Of a DNA stretch of 64,000 nt, positions 22,437-35,336 are shown one piece after another (position 1 is the first letter of the stretch; each line of letters opens with the position of its first letter). The notes below the pieces were generated by a model. It did not search any database. It worked only from the letters and a program-made list of their open reading frames with translations, and was not told the origin of the DNA. Made by a program: the position numbers and the translations under genes. Location: the NCBI RefSeq assembly GCF_020745735.1, contig NC_083433.1, positions 18,983,363 to 19,047,362 on the forward strand, given 5' to 3'. Source of the DNA: Hemiscyllium ocellatum (taxonomy: Eukaryota).

Positions 22437-22740
22437 GGGCGGCATGGTGGCACAGTGGTTAGCACTGCTGCCTCACAGCACCAGGGACCTGGTTTCAATT
22501 CCCGCCTCAGGCGACTGTCTATGTGGAGTTTGCACGTTCTCCCCATGTCTGCGTGGGTTTCCTCCGGGTGCTCCGGTTTCCTCCCACAGTCCAAAGATGT
22601 GCGGGTCAGGTGAATTGGCCATACTAAATTGTTCGTAGTGTTAGGTGTAGGGGAATGGGTTTGTGGTGGTTGCGCTTCGACGGGTCGGTGTGGACTTGTT
22701 GGGCCGAAGGGCCTGTTTCCACACTGTAAGTAATCTAATA
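22437..22740 (+). mobile_element. HE1-type SINE inserted between ERV integrase and env
   Basis: Full head, core and tail. Confidence 0.92.
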
Positions 22741-22744
22741 TTGT

Positions 22745-25700
22745 GGATGGGGGGTGAGCTGATGCCTCTGGCGCTTTCTGCTTGTGTCCCCCTGGGGATG
22801 GCGCTCTCTTGCAGCAGGTTCCATGCGTCCACTCAGGTCTTTCCTTGACCTTGACAGCCATCCGGCTTACCAGGAGGACGAGGTACGGGCCTTTCCACCT
22901 GAGAGAAAGGAAGTTCTTTTCCAATGATTTTATCATGACATAGTCCCCAGGTTGGAAGGGATGCATTGGGTCTTCACTAGGTGCAGGAATGGCCTCCATT
23001 ACCCGATCATAGGTATGGGTAATCGTCTTACAGATGATTATGCTTTGACATAATCCAGAACAGCTTCCTGTGTCAAGATTAATGCTGTATCCACTGGAAA
23101 TTTTGGAGCTCATTCTTCACCCCCCCCACCCCACCCCTCAGGACCTCAAATGAGGTAAGTCCTGTGGTTCTGTTGACCTAGTTTCTTATGGTATGCAGGG
23201 CAAAGAGTAGAGCTTCTGGCTAAGGTAGACCCGTGTACTGGAAGATCTTTGTCAGAGTGGCTTTAAGGGTACCATTCATCCATTCCACCATGCCTGAGCA
23301 CTGGGGCTGATAGGGAATATGACATTTCTCCACGATGCCTAGTGCTTTAGTAAAACTGTCTGTGACTGCCACAGGAAAGTGAGTACCTCTGTCACTGTTA
23401 ATGCTCCCTGGAATTCTAAACTTAGGGATCACATCCTTCATGAGGCATTTGACCACTGTTCTAGCATCATCTTTCCTTGTGGGGAAGGCCTTTACTCATT
23501 TAGAAAACATGTCAGCAACAACCAACATGTACTTTAAACACTGTATAGCTGGCACGTGAATGAAATCATTCTGTAAATGATTAAAGGGTCGGTCTGGGAC
23601 TGGCAGATGATCATACCTGGCTAAAGGTTGAGCATTACTGTTCTGTAGACATATTAAATATTTTGATACTTGTGCTGCTGCTGCAAAGCCTGGTTCATAC
23701 TAAGTTTGTAGTACTGCATGGATCATCCCCCCTTCTCCTGCATGACCGACCCCATGAGCGGCTTGTGCAAGAACATGCAAGTAGGCTTTAGGACAAATGA
23801 ACCTTCCATCAGGATGCACCATTAGCCCTAAAGGGGATTCCTTCGTTCCTATGCACATCCAACTGTTGTTCTGAGCTTGTGGAGTGTGTTGCTGTGCAGT
23901 CTGCCTCCCCTCTATTAGATCTAAAACCTTTGTTGCTTTCCCTGTCTTTGGAGCTTGTAAAACCCATACAGTGGGAGGTAATGCTGCTCACCTAGCAGCT
24001 TGGTCAGCGCGAGCATTCCCTCAGGCGATTGGGTCATCAGTGGCGGTAAGGGAGGTGCACTTTATCTCCACTACAGTGGAGGGGAGCATAATGGCCTGTA
24101 AAAGATTGTTGATGAGCAGGGCATGCTGCAAGGGCCTTTCAGAAGAGGTAATAAATCCTCTGTTTCCCAGGGTTCCAAAATCATGTACCACTCCAAAGGC
24201 AGGTCTGGAGTTGGTGCAAATGGTAACAGAACCCTTGCCAGCAAGGACACAGGCTCTGGTAAGGGCAACCAGTTTGGCTGCTTGCGCAGAAGTTCCTTTG
24301 GTGATCGGAGGGTCAAAAAGAGGAGCCGTCTGTGAAAAGGATCATGTCTGGGTTGTCTAATGGAGTTCCAGAGAGGTTGGGATGCAGGGTGACAACTACT
24401 AGGATGACATGCAGACAATCACGATCCTCTGCCGGGGAATGCTGTATAACAGGGAGAAAGGTGGCAGGGTTTAAAGTGGGGGCATGGCGAAGCTTAAGAT
24501 TAGTGAGAGAAAACAGGACGACCTCATAGCCAGTTATCCTTGATGCCGTAAAATGCTGAGTCACTGCTGAATTGAGCAGCAGGGAAACCGAATGAGGAAC
24601 AAAAACCGAGCTAGGATAATCCGGCACAATAAGGGTGGACGTTTTTACCATTACAGCAGCAGCCACCACAGCCCAGATACAGGCCGGCATTCCCCTCACA
24701 ACAGGTGGTATCTATACAGGTTAATAGGCAACAGGACGTCGGAGATCCCCACGCAGTTGTATTAGAAAGCTGGACGCATATCCCTCCTTTTCGTTAACAT
24801 ACAGCTGAAAAGGCAGCGTGTAAGCGGGGAAGACCAGAGCAGGTGCTGAGGTTAAGCGCTGTTTAAGTTCCTTAAAAGCTTGGGCCATTTCAGGCGTTCG
24901 GTTCAGTGAGGTTTGGCGAGGATGTCCGACGGAGAGGCGCATCACTAACTCAATCGTCCGGTATCCAGTGTCTGCAGTAATTCACCATGCCCAAAAAAGG
25001 ACAACAGCTCAGTTTGTGTAAGGGGAGGAGAAGGGTTCATGATGGCTGCAGTGCTCTGAGACCGTGCACACGTTTGTAGCCCAAATATTGTGCTGTGTTT
25101 TGGCAGAGTTGCATTTTTTCAACAGGGACCTTATATCCGTCCTGAGCCAGATGGTGTTGCAATGCAACAGTATCACACACGAAGGCATCAAGAGGCCACT
25201 AATAAATCATTGGCGTACTGAACCAAGGTGTTTTTACATGGCACGTGGAGGTCCTTCAGGGTCCGGTGTACCGCAGACGCATATTCGGTGGGGCTCTCCG
25301 TGTATGCTTGGGGAAGCTGTGTCCATGTATACTGGCAGCTGCCCTAAGTAAAGGCAAAAAGGTACTGGCTTTCCAGTTTAAGGGAGAGAAAGGCCGAACC
25401 GAGGCCAATGGCAGAAAAACTATTGGTAGCAGCAGGGAGGCTAGCAAGGATGGCATTGGTGTCTGGGGAGCATGGTGGCACTGCTGCCTCACAGCGCCAG
25501 AGACCCTGGTTCAATTCCCGCCTCAGCGTGTGGAGTTTGCACATTCTCCCTGTGTCTGCGTGGGTTTCCTCCGGGTGCTCCAAAAATGTGCAGGTTAGAT
25601 GAATTGGCCGTGCTAAATTGCCCACAGTAACAGGTGAAGGGGTAAATGGGGTGGGTTGCTCTTTGGAGGGTCAGTGTGGACTTGTTGGGCCTGTTTTCCA

Positions 25701-25990
25701 CACTGAGAGTAATCTAAATCTAAACAATGGCATTGACTGCCCTCAACTCCTGCACAAATCTCCACCATCCCGGTTTTCCTGTATTAGGAACAGGGAGGAT
25801 AGGAGTGTTGCAGGGGCTAATGGTAGGCACCAGGAGGGAATCAATAACTGGTTTTATACCTTCGTTGGCAGCTGGTGACAAATTGTAGTGTCTGATAGAT
25901 GGTCTGATGCCCTGATGTTTCACAGTGACTGTATGAGGCGGAGTCATTGGAGTGCCGTGCCCATAATGATGGTGGCTCATTATTGAGCAC
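22745..25990 (-). pseudogene. pol: ERV pol (RT, tether, RNase H, integrase)
   Basis: PCNTPILPV..WRFVQELRAVN, SQYLFAFT, YTWTQLPQAYTESP, AFKELKQRLTSAPAL, LNPATFLP, LFTDGSSF, HGVGH zinc finger, SDRGTHF, PQCSGMVE..NGTLK, FQPGDYV..WKGPY. Confidence 0.92.
25465..25724 (+). mobile_element. HE1-type SINE inserted in ERV RT
   Basis: SINE core interrupts RT between RAVNAIV and PDTNAILASLP. Confidence 0.88.
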
Positions 25991-26299
25991 TAAGGGGCTG
26001 CCATAGGAGGGGCAGAGTTGCGGGGTCTGCAAGGTAAATGTCATATCTTTAGATGAGGGAAACTCCTCCTCTCCAAAACAGGAAATCCGCATGTGGTCGG
26101 GATCCGCAGGGTCCAGGGGTTTCAATTCCTTCAGCAGACTGCGGAGTCCGTGCACCATGGGCCCCAAATCCTTTGGGTACCACATGGCTTTAACAATGAT
26201 TGAAACCATGAGGAAATGGGGGGGGGGATTTATTTCGGAAAAGCGGTCTTTGTTCGGCATTGAGCTGAATGTCAGCGGTCATGGCGGCCTATAAAAGTG

Positions 26300-26630
26300 G
26301 GTAATTAGAATCAGGGAGTTCTAAGGTGATGCCCTGTGGAGAGCAATGAATGGAGGCATTCAGTTTGCAGACAGTCTAGGGGCCGAGAAGGGCCACCGGG
26401 CCGGAAAGGGAGACTATAAGAGTGTTGGGGGACCGTCGATGGACCAATGACAATAGGAACTTGGGGGAGGGGCGGGGCTAGAAAGACAAGGCAGTCCAGA
26501 GACACCCACAGTGGAAACTGTGTCAGAGCTGAGAGGAAGGGCCGCTGAAGGAGGCGCTAGGTAGCTCCAGAGCCCACCAAAACCGAGACAATATGTCCCC
26601 TCATCTCAACGTCCATCATGGGGTTTTCTG
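26300..26630 (-). pseudogene. pro: ERV protease, inactivated
   Basis: PMMDVEMRGHIVSVLVGSGAT* corresponds to LVD(S/T)GATYS with catalytic D changed to G and a stop. Confidence 0.7.
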
Positions 26631-26639
26631 ACAGGTAAT

Positions 26640-28485
26640 GGGAGCATTGTATTGAGATGGCCTGCAAAATCCTCCTTATGCAGCAGCTCGAGACATTAGG
26701 GGCGTGGGGAAAAGGGTCGTGAAGAGTACACATGGCCTGTGGAGGCTGTTGTTGCAGGGGAAGTTAGTGGTGCTGCTGTTGAGGGGTGGCTCACACCCAG
26801 TGGCCTATTTTCCCACATGCTCTGCATCTGACTCTGCTTTTATCCCTATGTTGCTGTCCCTTTCCCTGGCTTTGTCCCTGATTCCATGTTTGTGTGAATC
26901 GGGGAGGTAAGCCTCTTTTTCCTCTTTGTAATCGAAAAGACCCTGTCGATCCATACTGGTAAGGGCAGTGAGGAGGGGATCCCAGTTCGTCTCCTGCCAG
27001 TTGAGGTTATGGGATTTGAAGGTCTAGACGCGATGGGGCTCCGTGCAATTGGCAGAGGTCTGGACCACTGAACAATCCTTGTCTGAGAGAGGTATGCCTG
27101 CAGATGATTCCCTAAACTTCCTTAAAGTGAGCAAGGAAATCAAGTATAGGCTCATTCACTAATTGCAGACAGGGCATGACTACTCCAAAGTCTGCCTGTT
27201 GACATGCTGCTGTCATAATGGCAGGCTTAACGGTGTCCACAAGCCAATTTGCTTGTAAATCTGCATTAGTCTATGGCGCCTGGGGGAATTCAAGGGAGCT
27301 TTTTATGACTTCCCAATGGGTCCCATACACCAGATGTTTTAAAGTCTGGAAGTCCTGTGGCAGGCAATTATAAATACTGCAGATTTGGACTAGCCAATTA
27401 TAAAATGGCATTGGGCATTTGAGTGGATCAGAGGTGTCTTGGAGCATGCCGTGGACCTCAGTAAGGGTTCAAGGCTTCTCGGGCGTGTTGCCGATCATGA
27501 CCCGCGGTAACTGAATGGGGGGCTTCGTCGTCGAGCATTTGGCATGTCTTTTGGTGCTTGTGGAGAACATGGTGGAGTCGGATTCTTCCTGACCGTGTCC
27601 CCCCAGCGGCACCCACTTCGGCCCCTTGTTGTTGTTGAAGGAAAGAATTCTGAACGAGATCCTCTCAGCCTTGGAGGTGGGCCGGAGGATGAGTAGCAAC
27701 AAAAGCAACAATTTAAGACCATAAGACCATAAGACATAGGAGTGGAAGTAAGGCCATTCGGCCCATCGAGTGCACTCCACCATTCAATCATGGCTGATGG
27801 GCATTTCAACTCCACTTACCCGCATTCTCCCCGTAGCCCTTAATTCCTCGAGACAACAAGAATCTATCAATCTCTGCCTTGAAGACATTTAGTGTCCCGG
27901 CCTCCACTGCACTCTGCGGCAATGAATTCCACAGGCCCACCACTCTCTGGCTGAAGAAATGTCTCCGCATTTCTGTTCTGAATTGACCCCCTCTAATTTT
28001 AAGGCTGTGTCCACGGGTCCTAGTCTCCTCGCCTAATGGAAACAATTTCCTAGCGTCCACCCTTTCCAAACCATGTATTATCTTGTACGTCTCTATTAAG
28101 TCTCCCCTTAATCTTCTAAACTCCAATGAATACAATACAATTTCGTCCATGAGAGGGTCTGGGTCTAGGGTGCAGATGGGAACTTTAGGATACTGAGAGG
28201 TATAAGATGTTGGGGACCCAGAATACGAAATGTCGCCGAGCAGCTGACAGGGGTCTTTATTTTTAGGGGGCTGATGGCTTTTTGCAACTTCTTTAAATTT
28301 ATTTAAACGTCGGAGCATGTAATCAGTATTCCAGGAGGGATCGCCGTACCCACCCTTAATGTTTGTCCTCTAATAATCAATGTTTCCAATTTAAAGCAAC
28401 CTCCATAAGGCCAGTTCCAGTGGGACCACCCACATAAGTCGGAATTGAAAGCAATAACATATCTACTGTCCCCGTCTCCTTCCAA
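26640..28485 (-). pseudogene. gag: ERV gag, disrupted
   Basis: MA-like WNWPYGGCF; capsid KP*TLTEV..DP.K.P..FYNWL..IY..LPQDF; MHR-like CLQLVNEPILDFLAHFKE. Confidence 0.75.
27715..28136 (-). mobile_element. young CR1 3' fragment inserted in gag
   Basis: Open LYSLEFRRLRGDLIETYKI..GKWS*; (ATAAGACC)n tail; 7-bp TSD ACAATTT at 27708-27714 and 28137-28143. Confidence 0.88.
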
Positions 28486-28946
28486 CCAATATCGGCTGGT
28501 GACCCTGGTGGCACCAGGGGGACTCCTACCTTATTTTTGCATCGAACATATTTGCTGTGGCACTGCTGCATCTTTACTGAGGGGACGAATAGACGTGGGC
28601 CGTCCTTCTCAGCAAGCCATGGTTTAACTTGTCCCCGAGGCCGGCCCACCATGTAGAAGTTGTTGACCCCATTGTTGCTTCCTCAGTTCCGAAGCACGGA
28701 TCTAGGGTCTGTGGAGAAATGAACAACAAACCTACAAAGACTGACAAACCAGCACTGGCGCCATTTTCAATCCCTCAAGGTCACCTTTAAAATGATTTCT
28801 GTCCCACAACACCGATCTTTCCAGTCACGCCTTGTCACAGCATCTCTCCCTAATTTGGGATATGCCTGTCGACTCAGGTTTGGATTACAGAGGCAGCCTT
28901 GTTCTAAAAACTACTGCAGGTTCGCTCAGAATTACATAATTAAAGG

Positions 28947-28964
28947 ATCCCGTCGACTACGCCA
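28947..28964 (-). promoter_or_regulatory. ERV primer binding site, tRNA-Ser
   Basis: TGGCGTAGTCGACGGGAT, 3 nt after the LTR end (..TTCAACA); 16/18 match to the complement of the vertebrate tRNA-Ser(AGA/TGA) 3' end, TGGCGTAGTCGGCAGGAT. Confidence 0.85.
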
Positions 28965-28967
28965 GAT

Positions 28968-29347
28968 TGTTGAAGAAAGTCCCTATACTCAAACCTTGAT
29001 TATGACAAACTTTGTTGCATGATATCATGGGGAGCACACCTTTCCTAAGCATGGTCCAGTGCTACTCCAAAGCACTCCAGATCACTCTGGATTTATATAG
29101 GTACAACAGATGCTGAGTTGAACCGCAAGCTAGTTACTAGAGGGCCTACGTGGCTATACACCAGTCCAAGGTCTTGCCTTGCATAGAACTGTACATTAAC
29201 GAGCTGTTGTTCTCAGACCTTGAGTCAATGCACACCACGTTCACACACTGACAATGTTTGCCTGAGTTGTGCTTTTGCTTAGCAGGTGTCTACAGAGAAA
29301 CAGTTCATGAGTTATGTGGGAAAAGCAGAAGTTACGTGGCTGTTACA
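28968..29347 (-). repeat. ERV 5' LTR (about 380 bp)
   Basis: TGT...ACA termini on the minus strand, TATATAAA (plus 29092-29099), AP-1 TGAGTCA at 29221, decayed polyA signal CAACAAAG; adjacent PBS. Outer boundary inferred. Confidence 0.72.
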
Positions 29348-30163
29348 GAATGTCCTAACCTGTCAAGGGCCACCGAGGGCAAGGGGCCAAGCCAAGTGAG
29401 AACAACACCATGACTCACTAAAAATGGCTGCAAACAGGCAGTCCAGCAAAAACAGCTTCCACAAACATTTATGTAACTGACAAACAAAAGTGGACCCCAG
29501 CACCAAAACTTTCATTTAAATTATGAATGTAGATTGTAAATACAATAGTTTAAATCCCGGCACTAATCCATGAGCCAATCCATTACTTAAAATTTGCCAA
29601 CCTGAAAATGGTCTAGTTATCTCGACTACAAGTAACATGTAAATCAAATCTCTTTGAATACAGAAGACTTTCTTACTTTCTCCTGTCTATCCACATAACT
29701 GTAAACTTTCATCTCCGGGTAAATTTCCTGTATACATTTCAAAGCTTTCAGATCCTTCTTCACTGTATTCCCTCAAATTTGATTTAGCACGCAAGCAGAA
29801 CAAGTGGTTTCTAACTTCGTCCCATTTGTAATCACTGCCTCTATTCATAAAGCTCCTAATCTCACGTGCCTCATGAATTACTATGTAAACCTATCCTGCC
29901 TTCCTGCCATGACATGTGCACAGATATCCAATTGTCACCCTGTTTTGAGACTGTACCTATCAGCTTCAATCATCTTCCTGTATTCTTCTCATAAAATGAA
30001 ACGCCTTCTGTCTTGAATTTCATTGGCAGTGTTATTTCACCCATTCCATCAGCTTCCCTGTGTCTTCTTAAAGCCCATTTTTGGGTTCCAAACAGTTTCT
30101 GAACCTTTCGAATTTTGTGTCATCTGCAAACTGCAGAACTGCACTTTGTATCTCCAACTTGGT

Positions 30164-30473
30164 GGGCGGCATGGTGGCACAGTGGTTAGCACTGCTGCCT
30201 CACAGCGCCAGAGACCCCGGTTCAATTCCTGACGCAGGCGACTGACTGTGTGGAGTCTGCACATTCTCCCTGTGTCTGCGTGGGTTTCCTCCGGGTGCTC
30301 CGGTTTCCTCCCACAGTCACAAAGATGTGCAGGGCAGGTGAATTGACCATGCTAAATTGCCCATGGTGTTAGGTAAAGGGGTAAATGTAGGGGAATGGGT
30401 GGGTTGCGCTTCGGCGGGTCAGTGTGGACTTGTTGGGCCGAAGGGCCTGTTTCCACACTGTAAGTAATCTAAA
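30164..30473 (+). mobile_element. HE1-type SINE, full length
   Basis: Head, core and tail. Confidence 0.92.
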
Positions 30474-30479
30474 CTTCTT

Positions 30480-30683
30480 CACACAGAGGAATGAGGTGGT
30501 AGAGGCTGGTACAGTTACAGCATTTAAGAGTCATCTGGATGGGTATGTGAATAGAAATGTTTAGAGGGATTTGGGCCAAGTGCTGGCAAATGGGACTAGA
30601 TTAATTTAGGATATCAGGTTGGCATGGACGAGTTGGACTGAAGAGTCTGTTTCTGTGCTGTACATCTCTGTGACTCTATGACT
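30480..30683 (+). mobile_element. CR1 3' fragment
   Basis: ctctgtgactctatgact tail. Confidence 0.75.
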
Positions 30684-32081
30684 AAGTCATTAATGTGTAT
30701 CAAAAACAAAAGTGGTCTTAGGACTATGTACTGGGGAGGAACACTATAAAAGAGCACAAGAAATAGAAGCAAGTTGAGATCATTCAGCCCATTGAGCCTG
30801 CTACGTTCTGGCCGATTGAGACTGACCTTGGGCTACAACTCAACTTTCCTGCCCGCTCTCCATATTTTTTGATGGCCTGGGAAAGTCTGTCTATCCCAGC
30901 CTTAAACATGTTCAGCGCCAAAGCATCCACCACCCTTTGGGTAACAAATCAAAATGATGTTTATTCAGCTTTTAAATTTACAATGCTCACTGAACTGCTG
31001 CGCACTACTGCAAACTATTTTTTCTCACTGTTGAAGATTTCTGTCTATGACATATCAATTCTGCCACACGGATGTTACATCCCGGGGTATAACGCCTTGC
31101 AAATATCAGGCTGTTTCTTGGCCTTATTGTTGGCACAGACTACAAGTGTAGGATAAAAGGATTAAGATTGCCGCCAATGACAACAGGCACAGGCCTGCTT
31201 GATGTGCTGCCTGCAGTCACAAGCCAGCTGTTCCTTGGGAACATTACAGCTATTAGCCGAGTAGGCCATTCGGTTCTTCAAAACTTGCTGACCCCATACC
31301 CTTAACTCCCTTGCCTATCAAAAGTTGAATTGATTCAGAGTTGAATAAGTTCAGTGTTCCAACCTCCATTGCTTTCTGAGGGAATGAGTTCTATACAGTA
31401 ACCATCCTCTGAGAGAAATACAATGCAGGAGCCATCGTAGGCAGGAGATTTTTTTTTTGCAATGGTGTTCTCTAGCTCTCATGTCCCTCACAAGAGGAGA
31501 CACCCGTCCTGTCAAATCCCCTCAGGATTCTGTCTGTTTCAATTAGATTACCTCCCTTCCTTCTAAAGAAAGACCAAGATGTCCAACACTATAAAATACA
31601 TCCTGCTGTGCCTGGATGAGTTGAGCAAACCTTTGGTGAACTGCTTTATATTGTGTCCTTGCTTAAATAATGAGTTCAAAGCTGCACACAGTGCTGTTTG
31701 CATGTGGTCTCACTAAGGCCTTGTACAGATGTAGTAAAGTGTCCCTAACCAGTATATTCCAATCCCCTTGCAAGAAACATCAGCAAGCTATATTTTCGTA
31801 ATCCTTTGCTGTACCTAAACTCTAACATTTAGTGGTTCATATATCAGGGCACTCAGATCCCTCAGTTCTACCAAGTTCTGCAATCTCTCTCCATTAAATA
31901 TTATTGCTGCGTTTCTATTCTTACTGCCAAAGTGGAAAAATTCACATACTCTCACATGATTTGAATTAGAATTAGATTTAGGTTTATTGTCATTCAAGTA
32001 CAGGAATACAGGAGTACAGTGAAAAGTTTACAATATCACCCTTAATGGTGCCATTTTAGGTACGCAGTACCTCGGTACAAA

Positions 32082-32369
32082 TTAGATTACTTACAGTGTG
32101 GAAACAGGCCCTTCGGCCCAACAAGTCCACACCGACCCACCAAAGCGCAACCCACCCCTACCCCTACATTTACCCCTTACCTAACACTACAAGCAGTTTA
32201 GCATGGCCAATTCACCTGAGCCGCACATCTTTGGACTGTGGGAGGAAACCCACGCAGACACGGGGAGAACGTGCAAACTCCACACAGTCAGTCGCCTGAG
32301 TCGGGAATTGAACCTGGGTCTCAGGCGCTGTGAGACAGCAGTGCTAACCACTGTGCCACCGTGCCGCCC
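32082..32369 (-). mobile_element. HE1-type SINE
   Basis: Reverse-complement head, core and tail; acaaat on both flanks. Confidence 0.92.
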
Positions 32370-32633
32370 ACAAATCTTAGACACAAAATAGAGAAATTTT
32401 TAAAAAGTTACATTACCTTACAGTGATTCTTAGTATAAGTTGAAAAATAAGAGATACTCCATCTGACAAATTTTTGCTGAGTCATTTAATTTATATTCCT
32501 TTGTAGCTTATTTACATGTTTTTGACACCACAGTAACCCACCAATCTTGATGGATTGGCAAGTTTAATGACCGTACATTCAGTCCCTTTGTCATCAATAG
32601 AAATTTTAAATTGCTGAAGCTCCTAGCATTGAT

Positions 32634-33722
32634 TTCTTTTTTATTTCAAAAATATACTTTATTCGTAAAATAATCATAAAATAATTTGGTCTGTACATTT
32701 GGTCATGCCGTACATATGTCAACATTTACATACACAGATCAGAAATTATCATTGTTATATACAGGTCTGTGCATTTCTCGCTCATACGCCCATATATTGA
32801 GCTGAGGCGTCAGCAGAGCCCAAACGACTCCATGGGCCCCCTGTTCTTCTTTAGACAGGCAGATGTTACACGGTGGTCTTTCCCCACCGCGCCTTGGCGG
32901 CAGCTGCCCCAAGCTTCAGCGCGTCCCTCAACACGTAGTCCTGGACCTTGGAATGTGCCAGTCTGCAACACTCAGTCGGGGTCAACTCCTTCAGCTGGAA
33001 GATCAACAGGTTTCAGACCGCCCAGAGAGCGTCCTTCACCGAGTTGATGATCCTCCAGGCGCAGTTGATGTTCGTCTCAGTGTGCGTCCCGGGGAACAGG
33101 CCGTAGAGCACGGAGTCCCGCGTCACGGCGCTGCTCGGGACGAACCTCGACAAATACCACTGCATTCCTCTCCAGACTTCCTCTGCATAGGCACATTCCA
33201 GAAGGAGGTGTGTGACAGTCTCTTCCCCCCCGCAGCCGCTTCGAGGGCAGTGTGCAGTGCGGCTGAGAGTCCGGGCGTGCATAAAGGATCTCACAGGCAG
33301 AGCCCTTCTCACCACCAGCCAAGCCATGTCTTGGTGCTAGTTGGACAGTTCTGGCGATGAGGCATTCTGCCAAATGGCTTTGACAGTCTGCTCAGGGAAC
33401 CGCTCGATAGGATCCATCCTCTCCTTTTCCCGAAGGGTCTCGAGGACACTACATGCTGACCACTTCCTGATGGATTTGTGGTCAAAGGTGTTTTCCTTCA
33501 TAAATTTCTCCACGAAGGACAGGTGATACGGAACGGTCCAACTACTCAGAGCATTCTGCGGCAGCGAGGCCAGGCCCATCCTTCGCAACACCGGGGACAG
33601 GTAGAACCTCAGTACGTAGTGACACTTGGTGTTTGCGTACCGGGGATCCACGCACAGCTTGATGCAGCCACACACAAAGGTGGCCATCAGGGTGAGGGTG
33701 ACATTGGGTGTATTTTTTCCCC
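32634..33722 (-). mobile_element. 5'-truncated L1/Tx1-clade LINE (ORF2 C-terminus and 3' UTR)
   Basis: WLVVRRALPV..CPRSGCGGEETVTHLLLEC zinc knuckle; AATAAA and A-rich end; perfect 18-bp TSD GAAGCTCCTAGCATTGAT at 32616-32633 and 33723-33740. Confidence 0.88.
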
Positions 33723-34169
33723 GAAGCTCCTAGCATTGATCACTTCACTCCCACGGCCTCCAGCTATTACATTGTGTAATATTCTTTGACGTAACTCCTT
33801 AACAAATGCCTTTTAGTTCAGCTAAGTATTTCCTGCTATGATTTCTGCAAAGCACTCTAGTAAATTAGTTAAACTTGATTTCCCATTTACAAAACCATTT
33901 GACTCTGCCTGATCCCATTATCATTTTCTAAACATTGTGTTCTCTCAGCATTTCTTTAGATGAAGATTTTAAGAAGGTTGCATTTATCGGTTCCAGGCTT
34001 GCTGGCTGGCTAGTCAGCAGAGTGCTTAGATTCTTCCACAGTGGGTCATGTGAAGGTGATTGGATCTGCCCTTCTCCACCCTTCCTCCTTCGTGCTATAT
34101 GCTCGCTCAGTCTCAGAGGAGACTGAAGCACTCCTGATTTGTGCACTCCCATTATAATGATGCCATTAT

Positions 34170-34650
34170 TAAACTGGAGACGGCTTAGCAAAGACTGTTG
34201 CCAGGAATGGAGGGTTTGATATATAACAATAAATTGGAAAGGCTGGGACTTTTTTGATAGGAGCATAAGAGATTGAAGGGGTGACCTTATTGAAGTTTAT
34301 AAAATCATGAGGGATGTAGATAATGGCAGTTACCTTTCCTCTAGGGTAGGAGATTTCAAGACTGGGGGCATATCTTTAAGACGAGAGGAGAAAGATGTTA
34401 TAAAGACATGAGGGACAACTTTTTTTACACAGAGAGTCAGCCACGCATGAAAAGCTCTGCCAGAGGATGTGGTAGATGCAGGGACAGTTACAATGTTTAA
34501 AAGACAGTTGGATAAGTCCATGAATGGGAACGTTTTGGTGGGTTGTGGACCAAACACAGACAGGTGGGACCAGCTCAGTTGGGAACATGATGGGCGTGGA
34601 CTGATTGGACTGAAGGGTCTGTTTCCATGCTGTATGACTCTATGACTCTA
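34170..34650 (+). mobile_element. CR1 3' fragment
   Basis: CR1 C-terminal segment and tgactctatgactcta tail. Confidence 0.82.
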
Positions 34651-35336
34651 TCTCCAGGTATCTGAATCCAGGGCCTATGCTTCCCATTGGCAATGGTGAA
34701 TGTTCCATGCAGAAAGGGACTTCGTCAGGGAATACTTAAAAGGTCTGTGTGGGCCCCCTCTGTTAGATTAACCAATGGTCTGTACACTATGATCTTGGAC
34801 AGGCAGCTATCATCCGTCCAGGCAACATAATCTGCCCATCACAAGTTGGCTGGTATGTCCTTGATGATGCTGGCTATTTCCACGACTCAAATATTTGTGA
34901 TTAGACCTTGCCAGGTGATCTTGAGGATGCGGCAGAGTTAATTCTGGAGGATGGACTCTAGAAAGCGAACATATCACCGGTATCACCATAGGACCCATGG
35001 CTCAGGCCCGTGCTGAAGGGTGATGTGGACTGTGGCTCGGTACACTTTGAGTTTGACCTGTGCCCATCTCCATACTTGTTTGTAATGCCCGCTGTTTGCT
35101 TTTGAAAGTCGATTCGCTACTTGGCATCATACAGCATGAAAACAGACCCTTGGGCCCAATTCATTCATGCCAGCCAGATTTCCTAAACAGAACGAGGTCC
35201 ATTTCCCTGCTTTTGGCCCACATCCCTCTAAACCTTTCCTATCCATGTATCTGTCCAAATGTCTTTTAAATGCTGTAATTGTACTTGCCGCTACCACTTC
35301 CGTATTTACACCAGTTCCTTGCCTCTGGTGGTATCG

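Larger units (their letters stand above)
21182..29347 (-). mobile_element. endogenous retrovirus, class I (gamma/epsilon-like), decayed, 3' truncated
   Basis: Ordered LTR-PBS-gag-pro-RT-RNaseH-IN-env motifs on the minus strand; five nested insertions. Confidence 0.92.

Noticed and set aside
25450-25735. atggcattg on both sides of the SINE in RT as a TSD
   Set aside because: Both copies encode natural NAI peptides of RT (RAVNAIV and DTNAIL), so it is a coding coincidence with a small deletion
27806-28318. 170-aa ORF looking like a novel Gag-fusion gene
   Set aside because: Chance in-frame junction of the gag N-terminus with a TSD-flanked CR1 insertion; the surrounding gag has stops and frameshifts
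28750-28775. TGGCGCC as an alternative PBS
   Set aside because: Not adjacent to an LTR end and no extended tRNA match; the Ser PBS at 28947-28964 fits much better
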